A DNA stretch of 64,000 bases from Dicyema japonicum (GCA_011109175.1 RDEW01000033.1:62001-126000), one strand, 5' to 3'. Numbered from the stretch's first letter, positions 38,399-51,930 are shown. A program made the numbers and translations. Notes: a model not told the origin generated them from the sequence alone.

Positions 38399-40850
38399 AT
38401 GTTTTCTTCCCTTTTAAAGAGGACAAAAATATCATGCTCCTCCGAACGTTATTTGTAATCCAACCAATTTTAAATTTAGTCAACTTATCCAATTTCTCTC
38501 AAACGATAAGATTTATTCCTCAGACCAGGTCTCTACGGCACTTCTGGAAGCCGTCCAGTGCTACATTTGGGGTTCCAAACAGGACGACTCCCTTTCATCG
38601 TTAAATAAACTATTTAAATTAGACATTTCATGCAATACAGTATATTAGTCACGATGCATAATCTGCTACTAAAATCCCCAGAATACGTGGAAATCTCCGT
38701 CTCTGTTTTGCAGTCTATGAGCATTTTTTTCGAAAGTGTCTCCAACAAGCAAATGATTTGTACCGTTTCTGTTGATTTTAGATTTACTACTCTCCAACAA
38801 CACGATCAATGATCTAATATCTTTCCAATTCAACTTTTCAATCTCTGAGGTACCCACGTGTTTGATCACTTGGGTTAGGTTGTGAATAATTACGTTGTCT
38901 TCCTCAAAGTGTTGTCCCTTCATCTTTCCATAAACACTATTGGTTTCTTTTTTAACGAAACTGACGATTTTCCCTTATTTAACGAATCTATTCGATTCTT
39001 TAACTATCCAGAAGTCATGATTCAGACAATTATTCAGCACGTGGTTCTTAACATCGTCACAGGTACCCCACATGTGGTAGAACCTTCAGTTCCCGACCCA
39101 AATATGATCGAATATCTGCTCAAAACCTCTTTTCCCACATATTTAGGGGGACTGACACGTTTTTTGAAGAATGGAATCATCGCCAGCGCGTGTCTTATGA
39201 ACAACAAGTCCCCAAAGAAGACGTTTTTGATTTTCATGGACCAGTTGTGTTTTATTGATGATGTAATGACAATGTCCACCACAGAAATATCAGACTTAAC
39301 TATCCGCTACTTCAACGAACGAGTATTTGTTCCACTTGTTATGTATTCGCTAATCGAACCCAAGGTTTGTCCTCAATTATTTTCTGTTATAAAGTTAATT
39401 AAACTTAACATTTGCAGATTCCCCCATTTTATTGTCATAACATAGCCATGTTACTACCACCTAATTTGCATTGTCCTCTTATATTGACATTTTATTAACA
39501 AAACATACTACTCTTTCAATGATTATCTTCAATATTATCCTTTTTATGATTTTTATTGTTCTCTTGTATTTGAATTTCAGTAAACCTTGTTTCTTGTCGT
39601 ATTTGCTGTTTGAATGCACCCTTTCTATTTGAATATCTGCTAAAACCTCTTTTCGCACATATTTGCTAGTTTCATATATTTTACATTGTTGTTTAATTTG
39701 CAGAAATTACCCTACATTTCTCCAAGTTGTGCTTTGATTGTGCTCTTACTGGTTACTTTGTTTTAATTATTTTAGACGCTGATTAATGTAACCTGTGAGA
39801 AATTCAGAGAAATCGTATCGAGTGCGCTAGTTTTCGAGAACTTCGAGATCTTCGACACTGTATAAGCCCTTTCCTAACATTCAGCTGCCCATCGACCGTT
39901 GGATTTACTCAGAAATGGCCGATACCCAAAATTCCTATAGTCAACAAAAATTGTATTTTTAGTATTATATCTCAGTCCCTTCATCGGCGTTGTCATACAA
40001 CACGTGGCCAGCAGTAATGACCTCCTAGCTAACGTTTCTGCTAACATCATCGTTTATCTGTTCAAAGAAACCTCCGTATTTTCTAGTTTAGTTTTTATTT
40101 TATCGCTCAGGGGGAAACCAGGAGACTGAGCATGTCAAGACGATGATTGCCAACATGACAGAGAATATTATCGAAGAAGCGACCTCCCGTGGTCGTTTAT
40201 CCTCTAACCCTTAGAGAGTATGTGTACTCCGAATTTACTGCGTTTGTGTAGCATGATATATTTTGCTGCCAAGAAGTGTGTGGATGAAGTATACAGGCTA
40301 TACCGTAATTTTTGCGAGGAACTCGAAAAAGCGGATAAGGTCAGCTTTTGCAGCATTTTCAGGGGAATAAAAACTTTTGGACCGTTTTTTACCGCCATTT
40401 TATCTACTACGAGTCCCAAAATTTCGTTGATGTGAAATATGAGGAACCTCTCTCCTCGGTTTGTGATGACGACATCAGCGAACAGTCATCACTGGAAGAG
40501 GAAGTCATAGATTTGGTTGAACTCTGTGTTTTATTGAGTTCTGTCGGCGATTTCTTGTTCTCAGGGATTACTGCCTTTTCCTCGGCATTATAACACCCCA
40601 CAACCACATTTCTAAGAAAAAGTACATAAAGAACCAGTTTGTGGAGAAAGGTTGGAGGAAGCACTCATTTTTAGAAGATCTTCGAGTTCTTCAGGCAGTG
40701 GTCCTCGACAATGATATGTACTGCCTGTTTCCATATATGTAGCCATTAGGAACCAGCACATGGTTTATTCAGTAAGGAATAACTTTGTGCTGATTTTAAA
40801 AACCGACCAAAATAACGACTTCATTGTTTCCCAATCTTTGTTTGTGATGG
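38399..40850 (+). CDS. CLEC16A: CLEC16A/TT9 (FPL-domain) protein; multi-exon; 3' end approximate
   Basis: VLQSMSIFFESVSN..YLLLSNNTINDLISFQFNFS..YVVFLKVLSLHL..FFFNE.DDFPLFNESIRFFNYPE and RVFVPLVMYSL match the CLEC16A core. Confidence 0.85.
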
Positions 40851-40859
40851 TTTGGGTTT

Positions 40860-41800
40860 TTTGTTGAAATAGAACTTGGACGTGAGGAGAGTAAATAATC
40901 GAGTGCTTTTGCTAAAGTCCGTAGGATTGAATCAAGTTTGATGGTGGAATATTTTTCAGAACAGCATTGAGTTGATGTTTGAGAGTCCAATCGCCTGTTC
41001 AACGGCGATGGCAATGTTTTCTGGGGAGATTCAGAGACTTAAGCCCGTGGCGAAGTTGTTGATAGGATCTCTGCTTGCGGAAGCCTACGGTGGATAGTGT
41101 TTGTTTATGTTTAGATGATATTTTTGAAAGAATGTATGATTATTATTTGTAATTTTTATTTTATTGTGTTGAAGTGCAGTTAAGGGCTACATGGCCATTC
41201 AAGCTCACTAAATTAAGTGCTCTTTAACTGTTTAGGGTTATATTCTGTTTTTGAATACCAGTTGTGACAAGATCATGTATAAAAAAACTGTCAAATGTCA
41301 TCTAACTAAATGACCCTAGGTTCTAACAAACTCTGGAATCTGTTCCGCCATGATTTTCTGGGAGTACCCCTTTAATCACTGAGTCTCGTAATTTTTAAAA
41401 ACTTACTGTAAGATATAATTAAACAAAATATTGAAATGACTAAAATTGTTAAAGACCGTCCTGGTTTTAAGATTGGTTGCATATCGGATAATTTCCATAG
41501 GGTGGGAATGGAGTTCCTGATGATGGAGAGGCTGAAAATTTGGGTGAGGGCCATAATAGCATAAGGTTCTATCTTCTTCGACAATATTGTAGGGATACTA
41601 TCTGCCGCTGGAGTGGGACGATTTTTGGTTTTGAATCACCTTCTGCACGTCATTCATAGGAAGATTATTTGTCGTTGCGTCGCGTTTAAGTTTGATGGAA
41701 AAAATGGAAGGATTCTCAATTTTCTGGTGAGGGAAAAAACTCATGGAATAATTAATTTTTTCATGTTGATCGAATGCCTTTTACAGGAATTTCCGTGAAG
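40860..41800 (-). mobile_element. LINE RT fragment (Jockey/I-group)
   Basis: IFSLSIIRNSIPTLWKLSDMQPILKPG and GFRKQRS motifs; boundaries approximate. Confidence 0.65.
41188..41233 (+). mobile_element. ~45-bp extreme 3' end of a CRE element
   Basis: TGGCCATTCAAGCTCACTAAATTAAGTGCTCTTTAACTGTTTA nearly matches 28247-28292. Confidence 0.6.
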
Positions 41801-42291
41801 GATAATGAGGAATACCAGCTGATAAATAGATCCTTGAAAATCAATATATTGATCATTTTTTGAATGAGAATTCAAGAATTTGCATATTACCAAACTATGT
41901 CAAGAATAAAAAATTACAATTGAACGCCTTAACCGGACCATTACAAGGAATTTATCGAAAATGTTGAACTTTAATGACGAGAAACGCTGGATAAAACACA
42001 TTCGAAAGGTTTTGTTTTTGTATATTCAAACGACTCATTCATCTACAGGTAAATTAGATTTTCAATTTTTTAGGTGTTAGTCATTTCCAAAGATATCGAG
42101 ATATTCCTGGAAACACTGTTGTGCAATCAGATTTCACAAAAACAAGAAAGTTATTATTATTATTTATTAACCCCGGATACATCGAGAAAGAAGTTAAAGT
42201 AAACAACTAATTAAGTGCATCCAGTTTCCACTTCTACAGAAACAGAGTCCATCCGGAATCAGCATAAAGGGTAAGACGTCCATTACATGCA

Positions 42292-42417
42292 GTTGTGAAA
42301 ACCCCTCCAGTGGAGTGGGGAAGAGCAAATGATCCTTTTTCATGCCGGCCTGGCACTGGGCGTCACCTAGACAGGTGGATCACATGACGCCACTCTATTA
42401 GGAAAAAAGAGGAGGAA
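42292..42417 (-). repeat. ~125-bp GC-rich structured repeat, copy 1
   Basis: Reverse complement is near-identical to 61164-61285 over the core. Confidence 0.85.
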
Positions 42418-42779
42418 CAGACAAGCAAGCAGAAAATTTAAACCAATTAACCACGCAGCACCAAAGTTCTAATATAGATGAATTGGAATTTCAAGAAAAA
42501 TCCAAAACTCATAAGGGTTTTTCGATGTTATTTATTACCAAAGATGGTGAATTCCAGTTTAACTTTGAGTGAGTGAATTGACAGTCTTCATATAAAAGAA
42601 TGAATAGAAAGATGAGAGTGGATCGATCTAAGTAAATCACACATAAACCAAAGAAAAGAACGATAAGTCAAGAACACTTTCAATGTCTTGGATTAATTAA
42701 CATTAATGTTCTTACTTCTTAAATTCAAGTTAGTTCTGCCTAAGGTGTGTTTAAGTAATGAAATCATTACCTACTCCTT

Positions 42780-42960
42780 GTCGGAAGGGCGATGTTTTTA
42801 TTGATGTTGGGTCGCTATGAAGACTAACTGGATAAGCCTTCTCGGCCATCACAGCTTCTGAGCGAAGCAAATCATCTGAGTTTCTCGAGGAAGATCAGGG
42901 ATTTGCTGCTTATAGTTCCAGTTATCTGACAGCAAAGTATAGCGGTCAAGGAGTATTCTA
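42780..42960 (-). mobile_element. Degenerate CRE RLE tail
   Basis: TGTISSKSLIFLEKLR*FASLRSCDGRE parallels TGGISGKSLHFLKKLGHLATLKSHDARE at 16.8 kb. Confidence 0.65.
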
Positions 42961-43149
42961 TACTAATTTTCCTAGCTCTCTACTTTCTCTGCAACAGCCT
43001 TTACCAAGCTCCCAATGATGTTAATGAGAATAGAAAGTCTACATATGACCATCTAAACTAACAGTTTCCCCATCTCAATGGAAAGATAAATTAAAAGATT
43101 TATTAGAATCGATAGACTTATAGACAATAATTTTATATAAACATATTTT

Positions 43150-46100
43150 AAGTTATCACTAGAAATTATATCGCCGTCTAGAATCCTGCAACTCACCTTA
43201 GTCAACTTTTCATAATACTGCAAATCAATTAACTATTAACCTCAGGACCGAGATATTCATGTAAGACGTTTACGATGTCTCTGTACCCTTCAATAATCAT
43301 TGATCTCAAAATGTCCTCAAAATTCACGTGTTTTGAATAAACTTCTATCAAAAGTCCAGAATATTCAACAAAAAGGCTAAATATTTCACAATAAACTACC
43401 AATAACTATTTTTTAATTTTTCGACAAAAATCCTGTCAAATTTATCAACATATTCTGTGGACAAGAATTCCTTGGCGTATTGCATAGGTCCAGCATTGAC
43501 CTAAACTTAAAGTAGTTCAGCACCTTAACGAGGACTGACCCCTGCAGCAAATTCTCAACCATAATAGGATCTGGGTCCTTTGCCACTACGAGAGATTGAA
43601 TTTTTTCTATTTGCTCGTTTAATCCCTCGATAGCGCATTCGATAGGTGAGTAAAATATTTTTTCCGTTTCTGCTACCGGAATTTGCTTTTTCAAATATGG
43701 AAAGGAAAATTTGGCTTGAAATTTACTCAGAAAATACTTTCATAAAATATCCTCGTTTTAGCTGTAAATTGTACCAAAAGACCTGACGATCTTTCTTTCT
43801 TGGTTAAAGGATGACGAAAGTCAGCATAAAACGAATCAATATTTAAGTTATTTCGCTCGGCAATATCAAACGCTGATTTTTGTGGGTCACTGCTACGACG
43901 AAAATTGAAATTTTGTCATCGACGCACAAATTATCAGTCTAAAATTAAATTTTAAAATACCAAATTCACGGAATTTACCACACAATATTCGATATTTCCG
44001 TATTTAACCTTTACTTGGTCGACTATTAGATCTGTAAATTCTGTGGTGCATAAATTGCTTTTGCAGATATATTCGTCCTCATTTTGTATCTCCTTTCCTT
44101 TTACGGCGAACCAATAATAAAAACAGGGTTCGTCAATAAATCCTGGAGGCCATTGCTTTTATGAAGCTTTTTAAAAGTTGATAGCAGCAATTCGGTGCAC
44201 ACAACAACGTTCTAATCAGAAATAATTTACGAATCGTTTAACCTCATAATCACCACATCTTTCATGTTCAGAGATTTCCAGTTTTATAATATCAGCTGCA
44301 AATTGGTAGTATCCAAGGTTTATTATGAGCAGGTAAGCTTCTCTGAGGTTATTACAAAATTTTTCGGAAAGTCTGATCAAAACCTCGTCATCTTCCGTCG
44401 AAAAACGGGTGTAAAACTCATTTTCCGTATTTGGGGCTAATTTTGTTAGTTCGCTGACAGAAAAATGATTATTTTGACTAAGCAAGCAATTAGCAGCCAC
44501 AGCAGAAGCTTGAAGGTAGCAGAAAGCGGCCTAAATTGGAAAATGATTCAAATACTTCTAAAGTGGATTTCTCACTCAAATAAAGACGGGCAATCTCCTG
44601 CAAATAGAATATTTTGTAATTCGGAATATCACGATAGGACTCAGCAAGCCCATAAAACACATCAATAAGTTTATTTTTATCTGGTGATTCAGATCTTTTA
44701 AGTTCCGTCGATTTTAACAACATTATAATTCGGTTAGCAATTCTCTCAACTTTCTAGAAAGTAAATATATTTTATTTACTTCCAACGGATGAACTTGGTC
44801 CACTGCAGTACGAAGAAGACAGTCAATGCAGTAGTAAATATGAGAAAAGTCGTCCACACTGGTTTCATCGATAATACGGGAAAACGCCAGGCTGAGTTGT
44901 ACACCCAAACGAGAGCACATAATGCTACTATTGGATATGCAATCCGCAGAAAACATTGAAATGATAAAGCCAATGGAACTAAGGCAAATTTCCCAGGACG
45001 TGGAGAATAAGCATTTTGAAACCAGAAAATAAAATCAATATGAAACCTCATAACAGACTTTTTGGCACAGTTCTGTGTCTCCCGTATAGATATATAAGGG
45101 GTGGGCTTTTATTAGAAATCCCAGAGAAGTAAGGACGTGTTGTTGCACAGCCAAATCGAATATTGGGGATAACATCAAGAAATAAACGGAGATCAATTTT
45201 AGGAAGACGTTTTCGGTGACCTAAATTTGTGAATTTACTTAAAACTGCGTCAACGTTGATAAAAATTTGCAGTAAAATGTCCTGAATTATAATGCATACA
45301 TTCATAAGTTCCCATCGAGCTTTCAACGACTCATTTAAGATGGATTCTGGAGAATATTAGAGAATATGGAACCTGAATGCGAATCATTATTAAACTCGGC
45401 ATTAAATCGTATACTATATATTATTAAATATTATCAAACTTTATCCAATTCGGTCCCCAAAGCGACCGAGAAAAGAAATCCACAATAAATCTAAATTACA
45501 AGCGTTTAATTACTCGGATAAACTAAAAAAGTTTTCTTGCTGCTTGTGAGACAGCGAAACAAAATACTTGGAAAGCTTATCTAAATATCAATAAGAGATT
45601 ATAGACCATTCGGAAAGTTCTTTAGCACAAAGAGATAACAAAAAATTATTTTCCGAGCCTCATCGTCAGTAAAGGCGACTCTAGATCTTGTAAAAAAACG
45701 GAAATTTGCTTACGTTGTGCTGGAAGTGGAATATATAGTCTTAAGTGTAACATCAGTCATGGTCATGCTGGCCCAAGTATCATTGAGAGCTTATATAAGA
45801 TTAAAAGATTACTTTGTTTGGAAGTGGAGACAGTTTTCTTCGAAAAAATTGGTATAAAATGAGTTTCAGTCAGGTTTATCGTCATTGTAACAAAAACAGA
45901 ATATAAATCTGCAATTATTCGCTTCTAAAAGGTTATTTGGAACATTACATCATCTGAAAGTGATTCTCGACTGTCAAGAATTTTAAAGTAATCGTGGAGA
46001 ACTTGTATAATCGAAGATCGGTTAGTACTGACCTCCATTAGTAGAATTCTCAGAGTTTCAATCAAAAAAGTGGATGAAAAGGCATTTGAAGTCTTGGACA

Positions 46101-49100
46101 TGTCAAATGGGAGATCAGTCGAAAGTTTGAATTTGTCATACAACACAATCCATTTATTAATGGAGCTCTGCTAATTTAGTTATGCAAATACATTCTGATT
46201 CTCAGAAAGGCACCAGAAGTCGAAAAATTTTTTAACCAGAACAAAAATTTCATATGGTCGGCATATTGAAATTAAAATCTAGAAATAAAAATAAAATTTG
46301 CCTCAAAAAATTCCCCAAAATTACGCGAAGTTTCAATCTGAATAGCACTGTCCAAAGTATGCTCAAGTTTCAGAAAACTATCAGCCAATCTCCCCAAAGA
46401 TTCCAAAATTTGAAATTTGGTAGTTTCAAATAAGTCCTAAAATTCAAAAATATTGACAAAACTTCATAATTTGGTACATGTTTGAGTAAGTCGCGAAGAA
46501 ATAGGAAATCTCGAGCGATCATTTTAAAAACCCACGGAAAAGACTTTAAAGTGACTGAAATAAGGCTATTTGACTCGATCTTCATAATTTCCGCACATAT
46601 TTTCGACAAAACAAAGCATAATTGTTGCGGAAGTCGAAGGCGTTTTATTGAGCTTTGAATGACGTAGAAACGTTTCTACATAATAAACGACAAATTTCAC
46701 AGAAATAGTAGCTTCTAGAAGTCCCCCACCATCATACTGAATTACTCCGCAGAAGAAATGGGAAAGAATCCTAATTTGTAAAATTATCAACAAAAACCTA
46801 AAAATCGTTAATTGCACTGAAAAATTAGTCGTAAGAATCATCAACGTTGAAAGTCGATCGATAATAGTTGGCATAAAATTGACGAAAACACCAATTTCCA
46901 CACAGAATAAACTCTAAAATTCACATCTCTAATTTACTTTAAGAAAATTGGTGAATTTAGGGCCACATACGAAAATTTCGAATTCTTTGCAGTCCAGTCC
47001 TACGAGAGAATCAAAAAACTTGGACAAATGCACGGACTAACAAAATAAGTAAATTACTACATCTGTATTAACTGAAGAGTTCAGTTTAGAGGAGACTGTA
47101 AACGTGGTTCCTAAGGCATCATTTTTGGTCTTTAAAAAGTCATTAAACAAGTGAACCCTGCAATAATCTTCGGACAGATAGCCATCTACAAGATCCTCGA
47201 TAAATGGAAGCGAGAAAGAACCGGTTTTCACACAATTGGTTCCCGGCTTTAATATTTTGACGTAAGAATAGCCAATAATTTTATTATACTTATTATTGTT
47301 GGCCATTTTTTCATCGTTATTCGTGGAAATATTGTAAAAAGTAAATAAAATGTGATGTTTCTCATGAATTTTTAAAGGCAGGTTAATTTTGATCTAAAAA
47401 TTTAAATTTTTATATACTTCGTCATAGAAATTGACAAGAACAGCACCGTTTTGGGTGGAATTTTTGATAATTGCAGAATTCTGAGTGGACACGAAATTAT
47501 GGTTCCATGCCTGACCGTAAATGACCTGGAATTGATGAAATAAGAATACGGGAAGATTAGGAGCGTTCACATCGTCAACTTCTTTAACAGATACCACACA
47601 TTGTATATTTTTAAACTAAAAACAATTTAAATAATAATTACTTTAATTTTTTCAGTGTTGATTTTTCCCAAATAAATGTATAAATGGTTTACAAATTCGT
47701 CAAATATGAACAAATTCTCACTGCTAGAGTCGTTTGCGTGAAATTCAATGTCGTCGACTAATTTGTATTCATATTGTTGGTGTCCGTTCACAGAAGACAA
47801 GGAGGATGATAATACTATGATTAAACAGTCTCATTTTACGAGGAATGTCGGAAAATTGCTGAAGGGAAGTAAAAGACGTGGAAATTGTCAAATTTAGAAA
47901 AGTATGTTCGAAAAGTATTTCATTTCTTGATTACAGATAAAATCAACTTTGTATGTTTGTATATTATTTTGCTTAGAGTCTCAATTGACCAGACATTTTC
48001 GTAAAATTTGTAAACAGGGACTTTATTCTTGTTGCTATTCTCAAATATAGACCTAGCAATACACTAAGCGTAAAAACCTGAATCCGAATCCAAACGGAGT
48101 TCTTTTATTAAAATTTGAGCCTTTGAGTATAATTTTCCGATCTTTTAGATCTTCAGACTTGAGATTTTTCATTTTGTATAACTTTTCTACCATAAAAACG
48201 AAATAAAAATAATTTGAGGCGGAATGCAACTTAAAGACCCCATTGAAGTCTAAAGTGATGTTTATATGATACTATGCATCAAAAAATTTGGATTTTCAGA
48301 AATATCAGCTTGAAATGAGTCGAATTCAATTTCAAAAATATCTGGGATCCAAATATGGTACAAATTTTCAGATATTTTTTTCTTCGAAGAAATATTGACG
48401 ACAAAAGTAGTCACAAAAAATGGTTGAAACTGAAAAGTTTACAGAATTGGTTACATTTTCCTTGTTGCATGAATCTACAGATTTTTCGTTTGGATCTGAA
48501 AATAAAGGCCCGAATTTTAGGCTAAGTGCGAAGTTGAAATCGTTATTTTTCTAAAATTAAATGATTCCGTTACAAAATTATTTTCTACTTTGGAATGCGA
48601 GAAGATTGAGAAGCTTGAATTGTGGGACAATTCGACATCGTTAGAAATCTTTTTTAAATACTAAAAATTTGTTAAAATAGTTTAAATTATATTTTACGTA
48701 AAAATCATTACTTTGCTCACAGAATGATTGGTTCCTGGAAAATCTTGGCTCTGATATTTGTCTGGAATTATTATGAAAAAAACTTTTCAAAAAACGCAAG
48801 AATCTTTTTTCACATTCGATATTTTTTTCGAAAAATGAGAACCAATCTTTATTTTCGAAAGAAAGTTCATATTCAATGGAATCCGTTTTAAAAGTTAATT
48901 TTCCACCCGCTAAGTTTATGCGTTGGGAAAAAACATCCATAAAAATCACATCCTTGAATTCTTCACTTTTAAAACGAAATGTGAATAAGTTCTCTTTGAT
49001 TTTAGATATTTCGCAGAATGTGGGGAACGTCTGGGAAGACTGAAATGTAAATTTAAATATGCAGACCAATTTTTGTTTCTTTGTGACGGAAATTTTACAC

Positions 49101-49480
49101 AAAATTGGTTTTTTCGAATTTTGTTTAAAAAAGTCACTAACGTCAGAAGTAATAGTTAGTTGTAGATGGAACGATTTTTTATTTGAATTTTTCAATTTAA
49201 TTATCTTTTTTGTGTTTTTTGACAAATATTTAAGGCATAATTTTGAAAAATGACAAGTTCCGTTGATTTCTGGGTTGGGGAAGTCTACCTTGTCAATATT
49301 AACTCCATCAATCTAATGTAAATTAATTTCGATAAACTTTATAATTTTCAATTGGCAGCATCGTCGTGATATTTTTAATTTTTGACTAAATATGTTGTTT
49401 ATTAGCGAAAATAGTTAGTAGCCATTTTTAAACATAATGGTTTCCACTAGATAAGTTCTAAATTACGAGATATCTCCATT
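43150..49480 (-). CDS. DOCK-family GEF, most like DOCK-D/Zizimin (DOCK9/10/11); multi-exon; both ends approximate
   Basis: DHR-1 (FYDEV..LPLKIHEKHHILFTF, IGYSYVKIL) and DHR-2 (LIDVFYGLAESY..P, SPIECAIE..LLQGSVLVKVNAGPMQYAKEFL); PH-like N-terminal exon at 48641-49225. Confidence 0.85.
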
Positions 49481-49619
49481 TTTGGATTTTAAATGACTTA
49501 AATCTAAAAAATATGAAAGGAATACACTAGAGAAATCTATCTGCGAATTGTTGTTGGCGTGACTATAAGTTGAGGTTATCGTCTATCTTTGTCTTGGGTA
49601 GAGGAAAGTCAGTTGGCCT

Positions 49620-50440
49620 AGAAGGTCTATAACCCTAAAGATCCGTCCTCGATTTTCTTGGTTTTGATATCATGCGAATAATGGAGTCCTTCCAGACTTG
49701 CGGAACATATCTTGTATTGATACTTGCTTCAAATAGGCTACTGAGAACTTCAAACAGACAATCCGGACTCTCCTTGAAAAGCTTTATTTGCAGATTCCCC
49801 ATTTTGAAAATGTATCCAGAGCTGTCTTACTAAAGAGAGGCGTTCCGCAGGGCTCTGTCCTGAGCCCCCTGTTGTTCAACATCTTATTAGACTTCCCAAT
49901 TCCGTTGGACTCAAACTCAAAACTGTTAATATACGGGACGACATCTTAATCATGGATATGTCTAAGAGGTCAACTCATTCCGAGAAAAGACTCATGATAT
50001 TTATTGACAGAGTGCAAGACTGGTGTGTCCGGAGATGGATGAAACCCTCAACAGAGAAGTCAAACTTTATGAGAATCAGCCGTTTACGAGACCATCACGT
50101 ACAGCCTTATACACTAGGAATTCCAAGAGTTTGTTCACTCCGCTTCCTGGGTGTAGCACTCGAACAGGAAGGCTCAGAAGTTATTGTATGGATGCGAGGC
50201 ATGGTTACCTATCCACGAAGAAGGAAAGGATATTATCACTACTGGAAAAGTCTAGAAGATCACCCATAAAGTTAGTTCAGGGCAGAAGACTACTCGACGT
50301 TCTAGCACTGAGGAGGACGGGATTCTTGTCCCAGTGAAGCAAATTGTGGAAAACAAGATGTGTGGATTCCTACATAAGAACGCACATTATAAAGATGGGG
50401 GACGTCAGAAGTGTCCAGGCGGCAAAAACGGACTAATTAA
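49620..50440 (+). mobile_element. LINE RT fragment
   Basis: RGVPQGSVLSPLLFNI, Y.DDILI, LRFLGV motifs in broken frames. Confidence 0.75.
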
Positions 50441-50669
50441 ACCCCTATAGCTAACTCCTAATCCGATTTTATAATTAAGTTTGTCGAGTTTGTCTCCCAG
50501 TCTTGGGGAGATTACGCTTTCAATCTCTCGTAGAACACCTCTGGTGATAGATCGGCCACATCCGAAGTCTCCAACGTGATTGAGACGTAGCGGAAACGGT
50601 TCCAAAAGTAGAATATTTATCCAGCTTGTCTGTTCAGCAGAGTCAGCGGCAGAACAGCCTGAGCTTTTA

Positions 50670-50990
50670 CTGGGTACCATACAAGTCTCAACACAAGTTA
50701 GTCACATACGAGAGAGCGTCCTTTGAAAAATGGGAATATCATTATCACGTCTCCTCGTTAAAGTAAAAGTTCAATGATGAAAGGGAACCAGCAGATTCTA
50801 GACCACATTTAATAATACCATTTGAGGTTACGTTTCTGGGCTTTTCTTCCAAGAGAGGGGGATGGATTCCTTTCCGATCAATCATCTTCCCACAGCGATA
50901 TCGGTGAGCCTCATAAGCACCCAAACCAAAACGATATGAAATGCCAGTGCAAATGCTCTCAAAAGGAATTGAGCAGGCATCCAACCAAAA
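50670..50990 (-). mobile_element. Degenerate CRE zinc-finger/RLE fragment
   Basis: WLDA..YRFGLG..EAHRYRCGKMIDRKGIHP..IIKCGLESAG, then IFPFFKGRSL. Confidence 0.7.
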
Positions 50991-51339
50991 ACCGTCCTCC
51001 TTACATACCGAACAAAAGTAAATCGTGTGGTGTTGGTTAGATTTTTCCTGTGCTCCAAAAATGTGAAGTGATTTTGTCACAAGACCTCTGAGAAAATTCG
51101 TCCGTTGGGAGGCAATAGCCGAACCATTCCTACGTTGTTCGGACTTCTGAGAAAGCCTTTTCGGAGGAAGATCTCAGTGCTGAGTAAAATCTCCGACGAC
51201 AGATACCACACGTTTAACGGGGAAGACACATTACATTTGTCTTTTATTCCAAATAAATAAAAAAACGTGGTTGTGGTGTGGTTCATGTTACGATGGTTGG
51301 AAAAAATGGTTTAAAAAGTTAATTCAAAAGGATCGAAAA

Positions 51340-51930
51340 GTGCGATATTAAAAAGTTACCATTTCTCAACGATCTACAGGAGCTACTACTGTCAAAAAGT
51401 TTGAAGAAGAGATCAAGAAAGTTTACACGTCTACAGAAACTGAAAACAAGTCTATTCCTCACGATCCTCCAGCTTTTGAATACTCTGGAAATGTTTTTAT
51501 ACTGATCTCTGTTACGCCGAGTATGGGAGCCATCAAAATCTCTAGCGTACTGTATTTGTTCGACTAGACAGGGTCTATCAGATTGAGCCACGAAAGCTCC
51601 GGGATCTTCCGCCTCGAATTCAGAAAGGAGGAGAAAAAAAGAAACTTTTGTGAACATGTGAATGCTATTTCACATTTTGGTCTTGGAAACCATTGCTTCA
51701 GTGAAATCCGAGTGAGACCGTCTGAAATTGTGTTGAAGAACCTGCCCTTTTGTGTTGATGATAACGACCTTTATGAATTTGTCAAGGAATTAGCTCCCTC
51801 TACTACGAGCATGTTCTACAAGGGAGATAAGAGACTCCCTCTTGCGAAAGTTCTTGTTGGATCAAGGGTGGAGGCTACATCGCTTGTCCATCTTGGTTTC
51901 AACATTGCCCACGTGCCAATTACATGTGAA
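51340..51930 (+). mobile_element. LINE ORF1 (gag-like) fragment
   Basis: SMGAIKI..GIFRLEF..FGLGNH..EIVLKNLP..EATSL..LG..ITCE aligns with the ORF1 at 62.9-63.4 kb. Confidence 0.7.
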
